NCBI GenBank assembly: GCA_017654855.1
Contig: CM030336.1
Coordinates: 4,464,001 to 4,528,000 of the forward strand
Length of the DNA stretch: 64,000 nucleotides
Origin: Podospora anserina
Taxonomy: Eukaryota
Reading direction: 5' to 3'
This document shows positions 59,478 to 64,000 of this stretch, piece after piece; the first letter of the stretch is position 1; each line of letters opens with the position of its first letter. The position numbers were made by a program, and so were the translations under genes. The notes under the pieces were generated by a model. That model saw only the letters and a list, made by a program, of their open reading frames with translations, was not told the DNA's origin and searched no databases.

Positions 59478-61029
59478 ATGTTGACCCAGCTGTTCATTTG
59501 GACGGCTGTTGCCATTTTAGCCGGCGCGTTCCTCCTACGCCCCAAACGAACCCCATTCCCTATTGTCAACAAATATCCCTACGATTTTCTCGGTCGCAGA
59601 GCAGCACGTGAAGCTCAGCAGAACGCCCGGAAACTCATCACCGAAGGCCTCGCAAAACACCAAGGCCCCATCACCATCAATCTTCTCCATGGACAAAAAA
59701 TCATCCTACCAGCTTCGTCAGCTGGTTGGGTGAAATCCAACAAGGATCTTGATCACAAGCAGCTCGTCAAGGACGACTACTTCGCCAGTGTTCCCGGATT
59801 TGAGGCCCAGTCTGTGCTGCATGGAGATGACGAGACTGCCAAGCGCCTCATCACGACCAAAATGGGCCAAAACGACAGCACGATAGGTGCAATGAATGAC
59901 AGTCTTGCACGTGCCTTCCGGGTCCATTGGGGTGAGGATAAGGAGTGGCATTCCATCAACTGGCATGGAGACACAATGGGCATCATCGCCCGCGCGGCGT
60001 CGTCGGTTTTCGTGGGTCCCGAGCTGGGCGATGATCCCACTTGGCTGTGCCTTATTCAGGGCTATGTGATGTCCTACTTCATGGCTGTGTACGACTTGCA
60101 TGCGTACCCGCCTTGGTCGAGGTCCATTGTTCATTGGTTTCTTCCCAATGCCAAAGCCTGCCGGAATATGGTGCCCCAAGCGCGCGCCATTGTCAATAGT
60201 GTCCTTCGGAAACGACAAGAAGAGACAGAGCGGGCGATGAAGGAAGGAAGTAGTGCACCGGAGTACAATGATGCACTTGCATGGGCTCAGGCTTCCTCGA
60301 ACGGAAAGATTGAACCAGGAGACCTGCAACTCTCTTTGGCCATGGCCGCTCTCTTCACCACAACGGAGTTGTTCCGGACGATTTTGATCGACATTGTCCG
60401 TCACCTAGAGCTTGTTGAGCCACTCAGAGAGGAGGTTTCGGAACAAATCTCGAAACACGGAATCTCGGTGGCTGCTACGAACAACATGCTGTTGCTTGAC
60501 AGCTTCATGAAGGAGTCGCAGAGGTTGAGCGCCGGCTTAGGTTTGTACTCCTGCTGTCATTTCCATTACCGAAAGCTAACCTCTTTATGCAGTCGTCCTC
60601 GAACGTGCAGTGCTCAGAGACACAGCCCTCCCAGATGGCAGGATTTTACCGCGTGGTTCCCAGATCGTGGTTGACTCGACCAACATTTGCGATCCCACTT
60701 TTTACCCCAACCCAGACCAGTTCGACGGATACCGGTTTTTGCACAAACGTGAAGCCGGTGACGCAACCAGTCAGTTTGTCCAAAGCAGCCAGGAGTTTTA
60801 TGTGTTTGGTGGAGGCCGGCATGTTTGTCCTGGACGGTTCTTCGCCAGCATTGAACTGAAGCTCGCACTGGCTCATATCCTCTTGAAGTACGACATGCGC
60901 TTCGCAGAAGGTTGTGATCCCAAGCCCATGATGAATGGCCTTTATGCGATGGTTGATCCGACTGTTCAGCTCGAGGTGAGGAGGAGGAGAGATGGCGCGG
61001 TGGTGAATATTTTGGGTGAAAAGTTGTGA
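59478..61029 (+). CDS. Cytochrome P450 (ent-kaurene-oxidase-like secondary-metabolism type), 2 exons (intron 60541-60592)
   Basis: N-terminal anchor, I-helix AALFTT, LLDSFMKESQR (ExxR), FDGYRF and heme motif FGGGRHVCPGRFFA. A canonical intron restores the frame. Confidence 0.95.
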
Positions 61030-62719
61030 TTTGAACGGTTAGACCTCTAGGGAAGAATTATCACAGGTAGAAGCGGTGTGGAATTGATAATTCGTATAAA
61101 GATAGTGTGTCATTAGGTCAATACGTTAGTTTCGATGTAGGGTAACGACAGTTTTGTGACTCAGACATGTTAATGCACCTGCTGTGGCTGGTGACAACTG
61201 CTGTCTTATGGTGGTCTGCATGTGACGCCTGTCGCCCGGTGCATCATTTCTCCGACATCGACATCCGCCTACAACCTGGAAGGCAACAGCCGTCCTGGGT
61301 TGTCAGCTGCCGATATATTTACCTTTCCTATTACTCTATTTCACAGTGCAGCAGGCCAACAACCATGGATAGCAGCCTGTGTTTGGTGCAGCAAAGTCCA
61401 GTTTGATGACTCTCTCGTCAAATGCAAACACACCACAGAGGAGCAGTACCATGACCATAAAAGGCTATTTGGAAGCCTCCTTATGGTTGACAGGGGAATG
61501 TGGATCTTCCCCGCCGACTTGACCATTTATGACACTTTCCCGATTTACCAGCTCCAACAAGAGCAACTTGGTTAGTATGTCCCGGCTTAAGTCTTTTGGA
61601 TCAAATGACAGAAGAAAGAAAAAAGACGACAATCATCTAGGTAGGTACCTGCCTAGGTAGTGCCTGGTCGGTTCGCAATTTCGATTCAACTACCTACTCC
61701 ATATTCATCCAACACTCGGCACCCGCCATCTTCCACTCATCGTCTTCCTATTGACTTAGTTGAGAGTCACGCTTACCGAATCACCCAGATTGCATATTCA
61801 TACTTTCAAACACGTGCATAGAGAAATGCCCATTCGCCTAGGACCTTTCAGAACATGGAACGGACTCTGGGTGATGTCGGATGAAGCACATTGGAAGCGT
61901 TCAGCTGGTAGTTTGGGCTAGCGACACCTTGGCAAACGTGCCAGTCATATTGATACTCTTTCTCCTTTATTCGAGCAAACAAGTTGAGCAACAAATGTTG
62001 AGACTTGGGTGACCAAGACAGTATCTCGCCATACTTGCCTCCATACTTGGGGAGTCGGGATTACAGAGGGTTGTCGAAACAGCGTTACATCGGCTTCCCG
62101 TTTGGGATCGGATCGTGCAAAAACCTCTGCCGAAGCCATAACGGGTGAGTTATCCGGCAACACTTACTCATAAATGGACACGGAGGCAAGTCTCATTGGC
62201 CTGTTAAATCATCATTGGAGCGCATCTAGACTCGCCCGGAAATTCTCTGGCCCACCAAGCGGCTAGCATCTCGCTGCATGATCTTCCCCAGTTTCTTGGC
62301 CTCGAAAGGCGAGGCTGTAACGGCTACGCGAACGCCCGCCAACCTGGTTTTATCGTGCATACGGGCATTTTGGCAGTGAAGTGTGGAGTCTGAACGTAAC
62401 ATCGTGAGGTTTCTGTTGACAAGTGATCTTCATCTCATCTCGGGCGCTAGAGCGTACTTGGGCAAGTCCTGAGACAAGGGAAATCATAATGGCGAGAGAG
62501 AGGATTCGGCAGTTGTATCCACAGTCAAGTTCTTCTTTGCGCTTTGTTGACGGAGAAATATGCCCGATGTGGCTTGAGGCCGTGACAGCTGTAGCCCAGG
62601 GCCGATCCCAGGTTGACAATGGCTTATTTCAAGTATATAAGCCAGGTCACCTTCGTTGGACGCTCCTCGGGTTCACCTGCCAGGCATCCAGTCTCTTGTC
62701 TGATCATCAAGTCGCTAAG

Positions 62720-63963
62720 ATGAGAATCAACTCCAGCGTTCTCAGCCCAACGGCACTGGCAGCCCTGTCTCTCCTCGGATTCGCAATCCCTGGAGCTGAT
62801 GCTGCCTGCAGCTTGCCAACCTCGTACAGGTGGAGAGACTCTGGCATTCTCGCACAGCCAAAGTCGGGCTGGGTCTCCCTCAAGGACTTCACCCATGTCC
62901 CCTACAACGGCCAAAACCTCGTCTATGGCACATACCACGACGGCCGCAACTATGGCTCCATGAACTTCGGCCTCTTCACCAACTGGTCCGACATGGGCCG
63001 CGCCAGCCAGAACCAAATGAACAACGCCGCCGTCGCCCCGACCCTGTTCTACTTCCGCCCCAAGAACATCTGGGTCCTCGCCTACCAATGGGGTCCGACA
63101 GCCTTCTCCTACCGCACCTCCACCGACCCGACCAACCCCAACGGCTGGTCCTCCGCCCAGCCCTTGTTCTCGGGCACCATCGCCAACTCGGACACCGGCC
63201 CGATCGATCAGACCCTCATCGCCGACGACAAGAACATGTACCTCTTCTTCGCCGGCGACAACGGCCGCATCTACCGCTCCGTCATGCCCCTCAACAACTT
63301 CCCCGGCAACTTTGGCACTTCCACCACCATCATCTTCAACGGCGCCAAGAACGACTTCTTCGAGGCTGTTCAGGTGTACACCCTCAAGGACTCCTCCCCC
63401 ACGACCTACCTCATGATCATCGAGTCGATCGGTGCCCAGGGCCGCTACTTCCGTTCCTACACCACCACCAACCTCGGCGGTTCGTGGACACCCAACGCCG
63501 CGAGCGAGAGCAACTCCTTTGCTGGCAAGGCCAACAGCGGCACGACGTGGTCGAACGATATCAGCCACGGTGACTTGGTCCGGTCGAGCAACGATGAGAG
63601 GTTCGAGGTTGACCCGTGCAACTTGCAGTTGTTGTACCAGGGGAGGTCGGGGAACAGCAACGAGTATAACCTATTGCCGTACAGGCCTGGTCTGTTGACG
63701 TTGACGAACCCGGTCGGATCGCCTAATCCTAACCCTGCTCCTGGGCCGACGTCGACTGCTCAGACGACGCCGCAGCCGACGGGGGGGAATGGGGCGACGG
63801 TGCCGAGGTGGGGACAGTGTGGTGGGCAGGGGTATACCGGGCCAACGAGGTGTGAGGCTCCGTATACGTGCACGGTTTCTAACCAATGTGAGTTTGCTTG
63901 TTGCTCTGAGGATGAGGGATGATATGCTAATGAGATACGCCAGGGTACTCCCAATGCTTGTAA
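62720..63963 (+). CDS. Secreted GH62 alpha-L-arabinofuranosidase with C-terminal CBM1, 2 exons (intron 63888-63943)
   Basis: Signal peptide; [48 protein letters not shown] and [11 protein letters not shown]1 WGQCGG..SNQ/WYSQCL*. Confidence 0.96.
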
Positions 63964-64000
63964 ACAGACACCACAATACAAGAGTGACGTGCAAGAAGGA

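Noticed and set aside
50700-61100. Accessory island as a Starship-type giant transposon
   Set aside because: No tyrosine-recombinase captain gene or recognisable boundary repeats are visible in the window.
62624-63573. Long antisense and alternate-frame ORFs over GH62 (similarly over DHH1, SWC3, P450 and the giant gene)
   Set aside because: These are shadows of strong C-ending codon bias in the real CDS.
1-64000. tRNA, 5S rRNA, CRISPR arrays, intact transposase or reverse-transcriptase ORFs
   Set aside because: None recognised by eye; tRNAscan-SE, Infernal or RepeatMasker would be needed to exclude them formally.

Overview
Eukaryotic filamentous-ascomycete DNA, most consistent with a Sordariales genome of the Podospora type. 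It has short GT..AG introns with CT(A/G)AC branch points, and many genes are C-rich at the 5' end and G-rich at the 3' end; the organism call is an inference. Conserved genes include an SDR, SWC3, an ABHD12-like hydrolase, DHH1, a J-domain protein, a cupin, an F-box protein, sulfite oxidase, a CBM1-CE16 esterase, a P450 and a GH62-CBM1 arabinofuranosidase. They are interleaved with orphan genes and two decayed accessory patches. The first patch (~7.9-10.9 kb) holds a possible solo LTR, a SesA-like relic ending in a PP-like amyloid motif, an AsaB/CmcJ-like relic and an NB-ARC relic. The second (~50.7-61 kb) holds a NACHT-ankyrin NLR pseudogene, a CFEM gene with a broken splice donor, a transmembrane orphan and a lone P450. 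The most unusual signal is a ~2273-aa four-exon orphan (39510-46520, minus) with three clustered ubiquitin-tail-like (L/I)RGG motifs in an acidic linker, the last followed directly by Met. This suggests a deubiquitinase-processed polyprotein. No tRNA, rRNA, CRISPR array or intact transposon ORF was recognised. All family names come from motif recognition by eye, not database searches.
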